In this document: piece by piece, positions 44,120-55,052 of the stretch
How the letters are laid out: each line of letters begins with the position of its first letter
Numbering within the stretch: the first letter of the stretch is position 1
From: Gammaproteobacteria bacterium
GTDB lineage: Bacteria; Pseudomonadota; Gammaproteobacteria; UBA4575
Assembly (NCBI GenBank): GCA_965215055.1
Contig: OZ244046.1
Coordinates: forward strand, 1,199,202 to 1,263,201
Reading direction: 5' to 3'
DNA: 64,000 nt
The notes under the pieces: model-generated
Seen by the model: the letters and a program-made list of their open reading frames with translations, nothing else
Told to the model about the DNA's origin: nothing
Databases searched by the model: none
Made by a program: the position numbers and the translations under genes

Positions 44120-44656
44120 TTACTGTGTCAATAGTGAATCCACTGCTTCGGCCAGGTCTTTGAAAATAGGAATATTGCGCGGCAATTGTTCGCTTTGCGC
44201 AGTTACCGAGCCGTTACCGGTGCGCACCAGCACGGGCTGTGAACCGTGCGCGATGGCTGCTTGTACGTCGCGTAAAGAATCACCTATGAAAGGCGCCTTG
44301 TGTAAGGATATATGCGCACGTTTTTCAATTTCAACCAACAATCCAGGATTCGGCTTGCGGCACTCACCTTCCAAATAGGGGCATATGAATATGCCGTCCA
44401 GATGACCGCCGTGCTGCCCAAGTTGAGCCAGCATTTTTTGATGAATTGCATTCAGGGCATGGTAATCGAGGAGTTTTCGAGCTATGCCGGATTGGTTGGA
44501 GGCGATGAACACCTTCACATCTGCGTGATTGAGCCTGGCAATTGCTTCCAGGCTGCCTTCAATTGCAATCCATTGTTCCGGTGATTTTACAAACTCGTCG
44601 GACTCTTCGTTAATGACGCCGTCCCGGTCCAGAACTACTGCTTTCAAATTACGCAT
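44120..44656 (-). CDS. gmhB: D-glycero-beta-D-manno-heptose-1,7-bisphosphate 7-phosphatase
   Basis: 178-aa HAD-IIIA protein (VVLDRDGVIN…SNQSGIAR…CRKPNPG). Aligns with E. coli GmhB. Confidence 0.8.
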   Translation of the reverse strand: MRNLKAVVLDRDGVINEESDEFVKSPEQWIAIEGSLEAIARLNHADVKVFIASNQSGIARKLLDYHALNAIHQKMLAQLGQHGGHLDGIFICPYLEGECRKPNPGLLVEIEKRAHISLHKAPFIGDSLRDVQAAIAHGSQPVLVRTGNGSVTAQSEQLPRNIPIFKDLAEAVDSLLTQ

Positions 44657-44677
44657 GAAGTTGATATCGCGAAATAT

Positions 44678-46759
44678 TTATGACTGTAACCTTGAAAGAT
44701 CCGCAGCGCGCATAAACAAGGCATCAATTTCTGCAAGTAACGCGATCCGGTTGATCCTCAGTGCTTCGTTTTCGTCCATTACCATGACGTTATCAAAAAA
44801 TGTATCTATAGGTTGTCGCAAGTCGGCAAGTTTATGTAAAGCTTGTTTGTACTGATGCCGTTGAAAAAGGCTCTCAACGTCATCGGCAAGGGCTTGCAGG
44901 GAAGCGTACAGGGCAGTTTCCGCATCTTCCTTGAACAATTCTTTTTTTATCTGGCCAATTTTATCCTGTCTCTGCCCGGTCTTTTTGAGTATGTTGCGAA
45001 TACGCTTGTTTGCCGCGGCCAAGTTTTTTGCATCCGGCAGTTCACGAAAACTGCACAACGCTTCAATACGCGCAGCGATATCACTTGGCGCAGTCGGACG
45101 GTTGACCAGCACCGCCTCAATTATGTCAACTGCAACCCCCTGGTCAGTAAAATAACCGCGTAAACGTTCAGTGATGTAATCGAACACCTCTGTGACTACG
45201 GCGTCCGCCCGCAATGATTTGGGGAAAAGAGATGCCGCTTTTTTCAGGCTTGCGTACAGGTCGACGTTTAATCTTGCTTCAATGATAATGCGCAGCACCG
45301 CCAAAGATGCGCGCCGTAAGCCATAGGGATCCTTCAAACCGGTGGGTTTTTTGCCGATTGCATAAATTCCGATCAAGGTATCCAGGCGGTCTGCCAGTGC
45401 CAGCGTTTTCCCGCCGGACGTAGCCGGAAGATCGTCACCCGCATGGCGTGGCAAATATTGCTCTTCGATTGCATACGCGACTTCTTCATCCGCGTGGTAA
45501 TGCGAAGCCAACTGGCGACCGATAACCCCTTGCAGCTTTGGAAACTCACCTGCCATGCCGGTTAGCAGGTCGCATTTACTGAGTCTTGCCGCTTCTTGAA
45601 CGTGTTTCTTTTTTGCGCCGGTGTAATCAGACAGAAATTCGGAGAGTTCGCCAAGCCGCTGGACCTTATCGAACAAGCTGCCAAGTCGTTTTTCAAAAAT
45701 GACGTTTTTCAGTGCTTCCAGTCTTGATTGCAGAGGTTGGCTTTTATCGCGCTCCCAAAAAAACACGGCGTCTTCAAAGCGCGGCCTGATGACTTTTTCA
45801 TTCCCTTGTACAACCAGGTCAGGCGACGTGCTGTCGATATTGCTGATGATGATAAATTGTGAAAGAAGTCGATCATCATCGTCTGCCAGGGGAATATATT
45901 TCTGGTGGTCTTGCATGATGGTCACCAACACTTCTTTCTGCACCCCTAAAAACTTTTCATCGAATTTACCCGTTAACGCGCACGGCCACTCGACCAGGCC
46001 GGTAATTTCATTTAACAGTTCCCGTGTGTACAGGGGCCTGCCGTTTACCCTCTCGGCAAGCACATTGATCTGCTTAAGTATTGTTTTCTTGCGCTCTTCA
46101 AAGTCTGCCAGGACTTTGCCCTTCGCCCGTAATGACTCCTTGTAGTCGGCCACGTGTTTTACGGCAATTGGCTGCGGGCTGTGGAAACGATGTCCGCGAG
46201 TAACGTTGCCGGCGTTCTGACCGAATAGAGTTGCCGCGACCGTTTCACCGCCGAATATGAGCAGCAACCAGCGCACCGGACGGATGAATTCTGCCGAGGT
46301 CTCGTTCCAGCGCATACGCTTTGGAATGGATAGCCCGCTTACGGCTTTTCCCAGTAATTCCGGCAACAGTTCAGTGGTTTGCGTACCGGTGCGTTGCTCA
46401 CGGAATATCAGCTTTGGCTCGCTCGTCTTTTTTTCCACTGTCAACTGACTTACTTCCACGCCACACGAGCGTGCGAAACCAGTGGCAGCCTGCGTAGGGT
46501 TGCCCTCTTTATCAAATGCATTCGTCACGTTGGGCCCCTTACGCTCGATCAGTCGGTCTGGTTGAGCGACAGCCAGGTTTTCGATAATTACTGCCAGTCT
46601 GCGCGGCGTGCAGAAATTTTTGTACCCATGGAAAGACAACCCGGCTGCATTCAACTGGGCACAAAGCGCATTGCCAAACTCGGTAGACAGATTCAGCAGC
46701 AATTTTGCCGGTAAATCTTCAGTGCCCAGTTCGACCAGCAGATCTTTTCCGTCTTTCAT
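44678..46759 (-). CDS. glyS: glycine--tRNA ligase beta subunit
   Basis: 693 aa, conserved glyQS pair. Confidence 0.93.
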   Translation of the reverse strand: MKDGKDLLVELGTEDLPAKLLLNLSTEFGNALCAQLNAAGLSFHGYKNFCTPRRLAVIIENLAVAQPDRLIERKGPNVTNAFDKEGNPTQAATGFARSCGVEVSQLTVEKKTSEPKLIFREQRTGTQTTELLPELLGKAVSGLSIPKRMRWNETSAEFIRPVRWLLLIFGGETVAATLFGQNAGNVTRGHRFHSPQPIAVKHVADYKESLRAKGKVLADFEERKKTILKQINVLAERVNGRPLYTRELLNEITGLVEWPCALTGKFDEKFLGVQKEVLVTIMQDHQKYIPLADDDDRLLSQFIIISNIDSTSPDLVVQGNEKVIRPRFEDAVFFWERDKSQPLQSRLEALKNVIFEKRLGSLFDKVQRLGELSEFLSDYTGAKKKHVQEAARLSKCDLLTGMAGEFPKLQGVIGRQLASHYHADEEVAYAIEEQYLPRHAGDDLPATSGGKTLALADRLDTLIGIYAIGKKPTGLKDPYGLRRASLAVLRIIIEARLNVDLYASLKKAASLFPKSLRADAVVTEVFDYITERLRGYFTDQGVAVDIIEAVLVNRPTAPSDIAARIEALCSFRELPDAKNLAAANKRIRNILKKTGQRQDKIGQIKKELFKEDAETALYASLQALADDVESLFQRHQYKQALHKLADLRQPIDTFFDNVMVMDENEALRINRIALLAEIDALFMRAADLSRLQS

Positions 46760-46768
46760 GTATGGAGA

Positions 46769-47671
46769 TTATTTATCAATGAGTGGGAAGCCTATTTTTT
46801 CACGGCTCGTGTAATAACCGTTGGCGACAGCTTGGGCCAGTTTTCGAATGCGCAGGATATATTGCTGCCGCTGCGTTACTGAAATTACCTGGCGCGCCTC
46901 CAGGAGATTGAACGTGTGCGAACATTTGAGCACGTGATCATAGGCTGCAATAGGCAGCTCCAGTTCGATTAGACGTTGGCATTCCTCTTCGTGGGCTTCG
47001 AATTCCGTAAATAAAACGTCCGTATTCGCATGTTCAAAATTGAACGCTGATTGCTGTGCTTCATTTTGGTGATAAATGTCGCCGTAACGGACGGCTTGGT
47101 GACGATTTTGTGCCCATACCAGATCGTATACGCTTGCCACGTCTTGTAAATACATTGCAATGCGTTCCAGGCCATAAGTAATCTCGCCGCTTACCGGGTT
47201 GCAGTCCAGACCACCAACCTGTTGAAAATAGGTGAATTGTGAAATTTCCATGCCATCCAGCCACACCTCCCAGCCCAGCCCCCATGCCCCTAGAGTTGGA
47301 GATTCCCAGTCATCTTCAATAAAACGTATATCGTGGGCAAGCGGGTCAATAGCGAGCTTGGTGAGTGACTCCAGGTAGAGCTCCTGGAGGTCGTCTGGCG
47401 ATGGTTTCAACATTACCTGGAATTGAAAGTAGCGTTGCAGGCGATTCGGATTGTCTCCATAGCGGCCATCTGCGGGGCGACGGCAGGGCTGAGGATAAGC
47501 AACGCGCCAGGGTTCGGGCCCGATAGCGCGCAAAAAAGTGCTTGGATGAAAAGTTGCGGCACCCGTCTCAACGTCATACGGCTGATCAATTATGCAGCCA
47601 TTTGCCGCCCAGAACTGTTCCAGTTTGAGAATAATCTCCTGTAGCGAAGTGAAATCAGGGTTTGCCATCAT
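46769..47671 (-). CDS. glyQ: glycine--tRNA ligase alpha subunit
   Basis: Start at [22 protein letters not shown], ~300 aa. The ORF track adds 28 upstream codons. Confidence 0.93.
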   Translation of the reverse strand: MMANPDFTSLQEIILKLEQFWAANGCIIDQPYDVETGAATFHPSTFLRAIGPEPWRVAYPQPCRRPADGRYGDNPNRLQRYFQFQVMLKPSPDDLQELYLESLTKLAIDPLAHDIRFIEDDWESPTLGAWGLGWEVWLDGMEISQFTYFQQVGGLDCNPVSGEITYGLERIAMYLQDVASVYDLVWAQNRHQAVRYGDIYHQNEAQQSAFNFEHANTDVLFTEFEAHEEECQRLIELELPIAAYDHVLKCSHTFNLLEARQVISVTQRQQYILRIRKLAQAVANGYYTSREKIGFPLIDK

Positions 47672-47945
47672 CGTACATCGTAGTAGGGAACGCAGCGAGA
47701 GTATAGCCATGCACTCGGCATCCGGCCAGACATAAGGGTAAAAATAGATGCGCAAGTTGCTTTTTCAGGACCGAATCGCATGCAAGATCAGGACATTGTC
47801 ACCTTGCAGTCCTCGTTCGCTATAGCACCATATCAGTGCCTGGCGGCACCGGGATGGGGCAAAAGGCGGCTATAATCCGCCTGCACATGATAAAAAAGCC
47901 GAGTATAATATCGCACCAGCCTTAATAAAGTGCGCTTGGCGGGTA

Positions 47946-47962
47946 TTGGCACGTATTGTGCT
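47946..47962 (+). promoter_or_regulatory. sigma-54 (-24/-12) promoter for glnA
   Basis: TTGGCACGTATTGTGCT has GG and GC spaced exactly as in the consensus TGGCACG-N4-TTGCW. An upstream dyad GCACCA…GTGC (47913-47934) is a possible NtrC site. It lies ~80 bp upstream of the glnA ATG. Confidence 0.55.
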
Positions 47963-48042
47963 TTTATAAATTGGGCGTGAGTGCGTGACCGGCAGTTCGT
48001 CACGACCTAAGAATAACATTCGAGTCGAAGTAAGGAGTAACC

Positions 48043-49452
48043 ATGTCTGCGAGTGACGTAATCAAGACGATGAGTGATGAAGGTGTCAAATTTGTTGATT
48101 TTCGTTTTACTGATACCCGGGGTAAGGAGCAGCACGTCTCGGTACCAGCTTCCGTGGTAACAAGTGACACCTTTGAAACGGGGAAGATGTTTGACGGCTC
48201 ATCCATTGCAGGTTGGAAGGGGATCAATGATTCCGATATGGTCCTGATGCCAGATCCGGACACGGCGGTGATAGACCCATTTTATGATGATTCCACCCTG
48301 GTACTGCGTTGCGATGTCCTCGAACCTATGACCATGGAAGGCTACAGTCGTGACCCGCGCTCGGTTGCCAAACGCGCTGAGGCCTACCTCCGTTCGACAG
48401 GGATTGGTGATGACGCATACTTCGGTCCCGAGCCCGAATTCTTCGTGTTTGATGACGTCAAATGGGGGAATGAAATGTCGGGTGCATTTTATCGCACGGA
48501 CTCGGACGAGTCGGCGTGGAATTCTTCAAAGGCCTTTGAAGACGGCAACATCGGTCATCGTCCGGGGGTGAAAGGCGGATATTTTCCGGTGCCGCCGGTA
48601 GACTCGTTACAAGACCTGCGCTCGGCAATTTGTCGCGTGCTTGAGGAGATGGGCGTGAAAACGGAAGTACACCACCATGAGGTCGGTACTGCTGGACAAT
48701 GTGAAGTTGGCACACGCTTCAATACGCTGACTACCCGCGCCGACTGGAACCAGATTCTGAAGTACGTGGTGCACAACATCTCCCACAACTTCAATAAGAC
48801 GGCGACATTTATGCCCAAGCCGATCGTCGGAGATAATGGTAACGGCATGCACGTGCACCAGTCTTTATTCAAAGACGGTGACAACCTGTTTGCCGGAAAC
48901 ATGTACGGCAGTCTCTCACAGACTGCAATGTTTTACATTGGCGGTATCATCAAACATGCGCGGGCACTCAATGCCTTTACAAACGCCACGACCAACAGTT
49001 ATAAACGGCTGGTTCCAGGTTTTGAGGCACCCGTGTTGTTAGCCTATTCGGCTCGCAATCGTTCGGCTGCAATCCGCATTCCATACGAATCGAATGCCAA
49101 GGCGAGGCGCCTCGAAGTGCGTTTTGGTGACCCTTCTGGCAACCCGTATTTCACTTTTGCAGCCATGCTTATGGCAGGGCTTGATGGTATTCAAAACCAG
49201 ATCGATCCGGGCGCTCCAATCGATAAGGATTTGTATGACCTTCCTCCGGAAGAAGAAAAGCAGATTCCCACGGTTTGTCATGCACTGGACCAGGCGCTCG
49301 AGGCGCTGGATAATGACCGTGACTTCCTGAAAGCCGGAGGCGTGTTCTCTGACGACTGTATAGATGGCTACATCGAGTTGAAGATGGATGAAGTTACCGC
49401 CTTGCGGCAGGCTACACATCCTGTTGAGTTTGACATGTACTACAGTTGCTAG
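48043..49452 (+). CDS. glnA: glutamine synthetase type I
   Basis: 469 aa with the GSI signatures and the adenylylation-site region (…NLYDLPPEE…). Confidence 0.97.
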   Translation: MSASDVIKTMSDEGVKFVDFRFTDTRGKEQHVSVPASVVTSDTFETGKMFDGSSIAGWKGINDSDMVLMPDPDTAVIDPFYDDSTLVLRCDVLEPMTMEGYSRDPRSVAKRAEAYLRSTGIGDDAYFGPEPEFFVFDDVKWGNEMSGAFYRTDSDESAWNSSKAFEDGNIGHRPGVKGGYFPVPPVDSLQDLRSAICRVLEEMGVKTEVHHHEVGTAGQCEVGTRFNTLTTRADWNQILKYVVHNISHNFNKTATFMPKPIVGDNGNGMHVHQSLFKDGDNLFAGNMYGSLSQTAMFYIGGIIKHARALNAFTNATTNSYKRLVPGFEAPVLLAYSARNRSAAIRIPYESNAKARRLEVRFGDPSGNPYFTFAAMLMAGLDGIQNQIDPGAPIDKDLYDLPPEEEKQIPTVCHALDQALEALDNDRDFLKAGGVFSDDCIDGYIELKMDEVTALRQATHPVEFDMYYSC

Positions 49453-49679
49453 AAAACGCACCTGGGCACGTTCCCTGTCGAATGCCTTAATCTTTTCCGG
49501 GTGTTTTGCAACGTGACCGGCATTTCCCGGGCTATGTCGGCAGGCTCGTGTTGGTATATGGAGGCCCTTCCTTAGCATTTTCTGAAAAGCCCTTTTTTGG
49601 TGCGAATAGCACTATAATAGAGCGTAGCTATGCCTTGAACACCGCTAAGTTGCTAATTCCCTTAGCCAATAAATGCTGA

Positions 49680-50846
49680 TTGTTTGGAACAAAATTTGCG
49701 TCTGCAACTACCATGACAAGCGCGACGGACATCATCCCTGCTGATATGCCTGCAGTTGAGCAGGTCATGAAGCACAAGAATATTATAGACAACCTGACCG
49801 TAGCCATATTCCTGGTTAATGAAAAATTACGTATACGTTATCTCAATCCTGCTGCCGAAGAGTTTTTGGGTACAGGGTCAAGGCACGCCCTTAATCACTT
49901 GTTGACCGATTTTATTCAGGACAGTGGTGATGATTTTATCTTGCGTATACGGCAATCAATACGCGCAAATCATCCGGTAACGGAACGTGAGGTTCGTGTA
50001 AAACGCTCGGGGGGAGAAGAGATTATGATCAATTGCTCGATTTCCCCGATACTGACCAAGAGGAAATCCCTCGAATGTCTGCTTGAGATCACGCAGGTAG
50101 ACTGGTTGCTGCGCATCACCCGTGAAGAACATTTGTTGGCTGAAAGCCAGGCAACCCAAAACATGCTGCGCGGATTGGCACATGAAATCAAAAACCCGTT
50201 AGGTGGATTGCGTGGAGCGGCTCAACTGCTTGCGGGAGAACTCAATGAGCAAGATCTGCATGAATATACCGACGTGATTATTAGCGAGGCGGATCGATTG
50301 CGTAAACTGGTCGATCGCATGCTGGGGCCGAACGTCACCCCGGTAAAACGAGAGCTTAACATCCATGACGTATTGGAACATATTCGATATCTGGCGGTTG
50401 CCGAAACTTCGAATGAAATTACTTTCAAAACCGATTACGACCCCAGCATTCCAAACGTACAAGCTGACCGTGATTTGCTGGTACAGGCCATCCTGAACCT
50501 TGTTCGCAATGCAATATGCGCGGTAAATACTGATGGAGAAATCTCTGTCAAAACGCGGGTACTGCGACAATACACGCTTGGCGACACACTTCATCGATTG
50601 GTTGTCAGGATAAGCATTGTCGATAATGGCCCGGGCATTTCGGAAGCATTGAAGCCGCAGATTTTCTTTCCCATGGTTTCGGGAAATGAACAGGGAACGG
50701 GCCTGGGCTTGCCCATTGCGCAGAATTTAATAAACCTGCATGGGGGACTGATCGAGTTTGATTCGGTTCCGGGCCTGACGGAATTTCACGTATTACTGCC
50801 GTTAGACGGTGAAGATTATTTCAATAAGGCAAAAATGCAACTATGA
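49680..50846 (+). CDS. glnL: nitrogen regulation sensor histidine kinase NtrB
   Basis: PAS domain, H-box LAHEIKNPLGG and the HATPase N/G boxes. Conserved glnA-ntrB-ntrC linkage. Confidence 0.85.
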   Translation: MFGTKFASATTMTSATDIIPADMPAVEQVMKHKNIIDNLTVAIFLVNEKLRIRYLNPAAEEFLGTGSRHALNHLLTDFIQDSGDDFILRIRQSIRANHPVTEREVRVKRSGGEEIMINCSISPILTKRKSLECLLEITQVDWLLRITREEHLLAESQATQNMLRGLAHEIKNPLGGLRGAAQLLAGELNEQDLHEYTDVIISEADRLRKLVDRMLGPNVTPVKRELNIHDVLEHIRYLAVAETSNEITFKTDYDPSIPNVQADRDLLVQAILNLVRNAICAVNTDGEISVKTRVLRQYTLGDTLHRLVVRISIVDNGPGISEALKPQIFFPMVSGNEQGTGLGLPIAQNLINLHGGLIEFDSVPGLTEFHVLLPLDGEDYFNKAKMQL

Positions 50847-52252
50847 AAGACACAAGTATTTGGGTCATAGACGATGACCAGGCAATACGCTGGGTACTGG
50901 AACGCGCTTTTGAAAAGGCGCGCATTCCAGTTACGACTTTTGAGTCGGCAAGTATCGCAATGCGTGAATTGAAGCAGCACGTTCCATCCGCCATTCTTAC
51001 CGATGTTCGCATGCCTGGTATGGACGGTTTTGAATTTCTGAATAGAATTAAAACGGAACATCCCGACCTGCCCATTATCATCATGACCGCGCACTCCGAC
51101 TTGCAAAGTGCAGTAGGCGCTTATCAAAAGGGTGCATTTGAATATCTGCCCAAACCATTTGATATAGAGGAAGCCGTTGAGTTGACCAAACGCGCTTGCC
51201 TGATCGCAAACAAGGAAAGCGTGAAAGCCAAAGTCGACGATTTTTTTGCAGACGGACTATCTTTGATTATGGGCAAATCTCCGGCAATGCAAAGCGTATT
51301 TCGTGCCATCGGCAGGTTATCGAACTCCAGTATCACGGTGCTTATTAACGGCGCGTCGGGCACCGGTAAGGAACTGGTCGCGCGCGCCTTGCATGAAAAT
51401 AGTCCTCGTTCGCAAGGCTCTTTTATCGCCTTGAACATGGCGGCGATTCCACGCGAGTTACTTGAATCCGAGTTGTTTGGGCACGAAAAAGGTGCCTTCA
51501 CCGGCGCACAGGCTTCGCGCAAGGGGCGTTTTGAACAAGCACATCGAGGGACGCTGTTTTTGGACGAGATTGGCGATATGTCCACGGATTTGCAAACTCG
51601 CCTGTTGCGCGTGTTGTCGGACGGGCATTTTTATCGCGTTGGGGGGCATGAGCCCGTTAAAGTCGACGTTCGCATCATTGCCGCCACGCATCAAAACCTG
51701 GAAGCACGGGTGCGTGAAGGCGTATTTCGGGAGGATCTATTTCATCGTCTCAATGTCATTCGGATTCACCTTCCTGATTTGTGTGACCGTAAAGAGGACA
51801 TTCCTGTTTTATTGCAACACTTCATGCGCAGTTCCGCAACGGAACTGGATACGGAGCCCAAAAAACTCTCTAGCGAAGTTGTGGAATACCTGGGCGCATT
51901 GAAATGGCCGGGTAACGTGCGACAGCTTGAAAATATTTGCCGGTGGCTAACGGTAATGACCTCCGGGGATGAAATCAGAATGCGGGACCTGCCTGCGGAA
52001 ACACTGAAAGACGAAATGTCTGTTGCGGAATCGTCCGGTTGGCAGGGATTGTTAAGCGAGTGGGCCGACTGCGAGTTGCAAAGAGGCGGAAGTGCGATTC
52101 TGGATCAAGCGTTACCAAAATTCGAGTCCGTTATGATTAAAGCGGCGATGCGAAAGACAAATGGCAGGCGGCAAGAAGCGGCAAAGCTCTTGGGATGGGG
52201 AAGAAATACCCTGACGAGGAAAATCCAGGAACTGGGTTTGTTTCAGTCGTAA
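50843..52252 (+). CDS. glnG: nitrogen regulation response regulator NtrC (sigma-54 activator)
   Basis: Receiver domain, AAA+ sigma-54 interaction domain (GASGTGKE, ESELFGHEKGAFTGA) and a C-terminal Fis-type HTH. Overlaps ntrB by 4 nt. Confidence 0.9.
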   Translation: MKDTSIWVIDDDQAIRWVLERAFEKARIPVTTFESASIAMRELKQHVPSAILTDVRMPGMDGFEFLNRIKTEHPDLPIIIMTAHSDLQSAVGAYQKGAFEYLPKPFDIEEAVELTKRACLIANKESVKAKVDDFFADGLSLIMGKSPAMQSVFRAIGRLSNSSITVLINGASGTGKELVARALHENSPRSQGSFIALNMAAIPRELLESELFGHEKGAFTGAQASRKGRFEQAHRGTLFLDEIGDMSTDLQTRLLRVLSDGHFYRVGGHEPVKVDVRIIAATHQNLEARVREGVFREDLFHRLNVIRIHLPDLCDRKEDIPVLLQHFMRSSATELDTEPKKLSSEVVEYLGALKWPGNVRQLENICRWLTVMTSGDEIRMRDLPAETLKDEMSVAESSGWQGLLSEWADCELQRGGSAILDQALPKFESVMIKAAMRKTNGRRQEAAKLLGWGRNTLTRKIQELGLFQS

Positions 52253-52292
52253 ACTTGTATGAAAATAATCCCTCTTTAGCTGAGCACTTCAA

Positions 52293-53249
52293 TCAAGTCC
52301 AAATCGAAGTGTCTGAATGTATAGTTAGGCTTCCCACAATTTCAGTTACGTGTGAGTGGTTGTTCTTGTCAAGGTAGTCGATAATGCCTTGGTTGATCTT
52401 TTTGCAGCAGAGTGGATCATAAAAAAGTCCTGTGCCTACGCCAACGGCAGTTGCACCGGCAATAAGAAATTCAATCGCGTCCGTTGCATTCACGATGCCC
52501 CCTTGACCGATAATGGGAACGCCGTGCGGCTTGCATATTTGATAGACTTCATGCACTTTTAACAGTGCAATGGGCTTGATGGCAGGACCCGACAGGCCAC
52601 CGCGGTTGTTGTGCAGGACTGGCCGTTTGCTCTCGATGTCAATCGCCATGCCTGCGACCGTGTTAATGACAGCAAAGGCGTCGCTGCCAGCTTCAATACA
52701 AAGTTTTGCGTTGAGCGCAATATCGGTTTGATTTGGGGATAGTTTCGTAATCAGTGGTTTTTTGGTTACCGCCCGGCAGGCTTCTACTACCTGCGCAGAC
52801 ATTTGTGGATCATTGCCAAATTCCACGCCTCCTTTTTTTACGTTTGGACAGGAAATGTTGATTTCTATGGCATCGATGGGAGAGTCTTCAAACCTGCGGG
52901 TAACTTTTACGTACTCTTCTACTGTTGAACCCGATACGTTGGCGATAAACCGCGTTTCGGAAAAATCCAGTTCAGGCAAAGTATGGTTGATAACGTGATT
53001 TACTCCGGGATTTTGTAGACCGATTGCATTCAGCATGCCGTCGGAAGTTTCTGCAAGGCGATGCGATGCATTGCCCAGACGCGGCTCCAGTGTTGTTCCT
53101 TTCAGGCATACCGCGCCTGCGTCTCGGTTGGAGAATCCTTCGACGCGCGTGTATTCTTCACCAAAGCCGACGCACCCGGATAATAAAACCAGCGGGGAAG
53201 AAAATTTCAGCCCGCAAAAATCGAGTTCGAGTTTTTGATTGCTGCTCAT
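52293..53249 (-). CDS. dihydroorotate dehydrogenase family protein, class 1 (Cys active site; PyrD-1B/PreA-like)
   Basis: 318-aa TIM barrel with IEINISCPN and GGLSGPAIKPIAL. The Cys-containing active-site loop indicates the class-1 family rather than the membrane class-2 PyrD usual in gamma-proteobacteria. Confidence 0.7.
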   Translation of the reverse strand: MSSNQKLELDFCGLKFSSPLVLLSGCVGFGEEYTRVEGFSNRDAGAVCLKGTTLEPRLGNASHRLAETSDGMLNAIGLQNPGVNHVINHTLPELDFSETRFIANVSGSTVEEYVKVTRRFEDSPIDAIEINISCPNVKKGGVEFGNDPQMSAQVVEACRAVTKKPLITKLSPNQTDIALNAKLCIEAGSDAFAVINTVAGMAIDIESKRPVLHNNRGGLSGPAIKPIALLKVHEVYQICKPHGVPIIGQGGIVNATDAIEFLIAGATAVGVGTGLFYDPLCCKKINQGIIDYLDKNNHSHVTEIVGSLTIHSDTSIWT

Positions 53250-53274
53250 GTCATTTGTGTATCAATGTGGGCCG

Positions 53275-54276
53275 TCACACGAATTCTTCTTTCATCTTGC
53301 GGCCAAGCAACTCGGAAACTGCCTCCTTTACTCCCACACTGCCGTTTACAACGTGCCAAACCTGTTCGCATATCGGCATTTCGATCCGGTTTTGTTTCGC
53401 TATTTCGTATACCGTCTGTGCCGCATGAAAACCTTCAACCGTTTGCCCCAGTTCGTCCATGTACTGCTGCGTAGTTTTGCCCCGAGACAATGCAAATCCC
53501 AACATGCGATTCCTGGACTGGTTATCCGTACACGTCAGCACCACGTCGCCTGCACCTGCCAAGCCCATCAATGTTTTTGATTGCACCTGCAAGGCCTGAC
53601 CCAGGCGCATCATTTCTGCAAGACCTCTCGTGATTAACGCTGCGCGCGCGTTCGCACCGAAACCTAAACCATCTACAATTCCTGCAGCGATGGCTAATAC
53701 GTTTTTTACGCCGCCGCCCAGTTCAACGCCAACCACGTCATTACTGATATAGATGCGAAAGTTGTCACTGTGGAAATAACCCGCCAACTCTTTTGCATAC
53801 GCAATATCCTGTGACGCCAGGGTAACGGCAGTGGGTAGGTTGTCTGCGACTTCTTTGGCAAAAGACGGGCCTGATAACACCGCGGTTTGAATTTTATTCC
53901 CTAAAATCTCGGCGATGACCTGGTGCATCATCAGTTTGGTTTGTTTTTCGAATCCCTTAGTAGCCCAGATAAACTTTGAAGAAATACTCTGTCCCTGTTG
54001 TGTGAGCCGCTCACACACCGAGCGCATGGCATGGCTTGGTACTACTATCAGGATGAAATCGGTTTCATTTACCGTTGCAGTCAAATCCTGTTCTACGAAT
54101 ATTGAATCCGGAAATGGGTGATCGGGAAGATAACGAAGATTGCGCCGTTCCACGCGAAGCGAGGTAATCAGCTCGACGTCGTGGTCCCAGATCTTGATCT
54201 GGTGTCCGTTACGTGCCAATTGAATGGCAAGTGCCGTGCCCCATGATCCTGCTCCCAATACTGCGGCTGTAGCCAT
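53275..54276 (-). CDS. gpsA: NAD(P)H-dependent glycerol-3-phosphate dehydrogenase
   Basis: 333 aa with an N-terminal Rossmann fold AVLGAGSWGTALA. Confidence 0.93.
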   Translation of the reverse strand: MATAAVLGAGSWGTALAIQLARNGHQIKIWDHDVELITSLRVERRNLRYLPDHPFPDSIFVEQDLTATVNETDFILIVVPSHAMRSVCERLTQQGQSISSKFIWATKGFEKQTKLMMHQVIAEILGNKIQTAVLSGPSFAKEVADNLPTAVTLASQDIAYAKELAGYFHSDNFRIYISNDVVGVELGGGVKNVLAIAAGIVDGLGFGANARAALITRGLAEMMRLGQALQVQSKTLMGLAGAGDVVLTCTDNQSRNRMLGFALSRGKTTQQYMDELGQTVEGFHAAQTVYEIAKQNRIEMPICEQVWHVVNGSVGVKEAVSELLGRKMKEEFV

Positions 54277-54279
54277 TTA

Positions 54280-54744
54280 CTAGTGCTTAACTTGATCCGG
54301 GCCGGTGTCTTGCTCTTTTAATGCCTGCAGATGCTGTTGGTACAAAGTCTCAAAATTAACTGGACTGAGTAGTAGCTGCGGAAACCCGCCTTTTGCAACC
54401 AATTCGGCCACAGATTCACGGGCGAATGGAAATAGAACGCTTGGACAATAACTTCCCAGTAAATGACTATGTTGATCCTTCTTGAAATTCCGGACGAGAA
54501 ATATTCCCGCTTGCTTAACTTCGACCAGAAAAGCGGTGGTTTCTTCTTGGGATGCGGTTACTGTCACCGTTACACAGACTTCAAAGACATTCTCATCCAG
54601 CTTGGTATTTTCGGTGTGGATGTGAACGTTCGTTTTCGGGTTCCATTTTTGCGTGAATATTTTAGGTGAATTAGGCGTTTCAAAGGATACGTCTTTTACA
54701 TAGATTTTTTGAATCTCGAATTTTTGAGATGCTTCTTTCGCCAT
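54280..54744 (-). CDS. secB: protein-export chaperone SecB
   Basis: 154 aa (…FEIQKIYVKDVSFE…), conserved gpsA-secB-grxC order. Confidence 0.9.
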   Translation of the reverse strand: MAKEASQKFEIQKIYVKDVSFETPNSPKIFTQKWNPKTNVHIHTENTKLDENVFEVCVTVTVTASQEETTAFLVEVKQAGIFLVRNFKKDQHSHLLGSYCPSVLFPFARESVAELVAKGGFPQLLLSPVNFETLYQQHLQALKEQDTGPDQVKH

Positions 54745-54791
54745 AAGAACGGATGTTTACTACAGCCTTTGGCTGTCATGCGCAGGGTTTT

Positions 54792-55052
54792 TCATATTGA
54801 CAGTAGCTCGTTCAATTTTCCCTCACGATTGAGTTCTACGAGATCATCAAACCCTCCGACGTGTAAATCACCGATGAAAATTTGTGGCACGGTTTGACGT
54901 TTTGCACGCGCTATCATTTCTTCACGCGAGGTAGAATTTTCATCGACGTTGATTTCCGTATAGCTGATGCCTTTGTTGTCTAACAGGCGCTTTGCAGCAT
55001 TGCAGTACATGCAGCGATTACCGGAATAAATAACTACTTCTGGTTTGCTCAT
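54792..55052 (-). CDS. grxC: glutaredoxin 3
   Basis: 86 aa with the CMYC-type active site (GNRCMYCNAAK). Confidence 0.85.
   Translation of the reverse strand: MSKPEVVIYSGNRCMYCNAAKRLLDNKGISYTEINVDENSTSREEMIARAKRQTVPQIFIGDLHVGGFDDLVELNREGKLNELLSI

Noticed and set aside
49453-49679. Intrinsic terminator between glnA and ntrB
   Set aside because: Only short weak stems (GGCA…TGCC, CCGG…CCGG) without a following U-tract. Not convincing enough to call.
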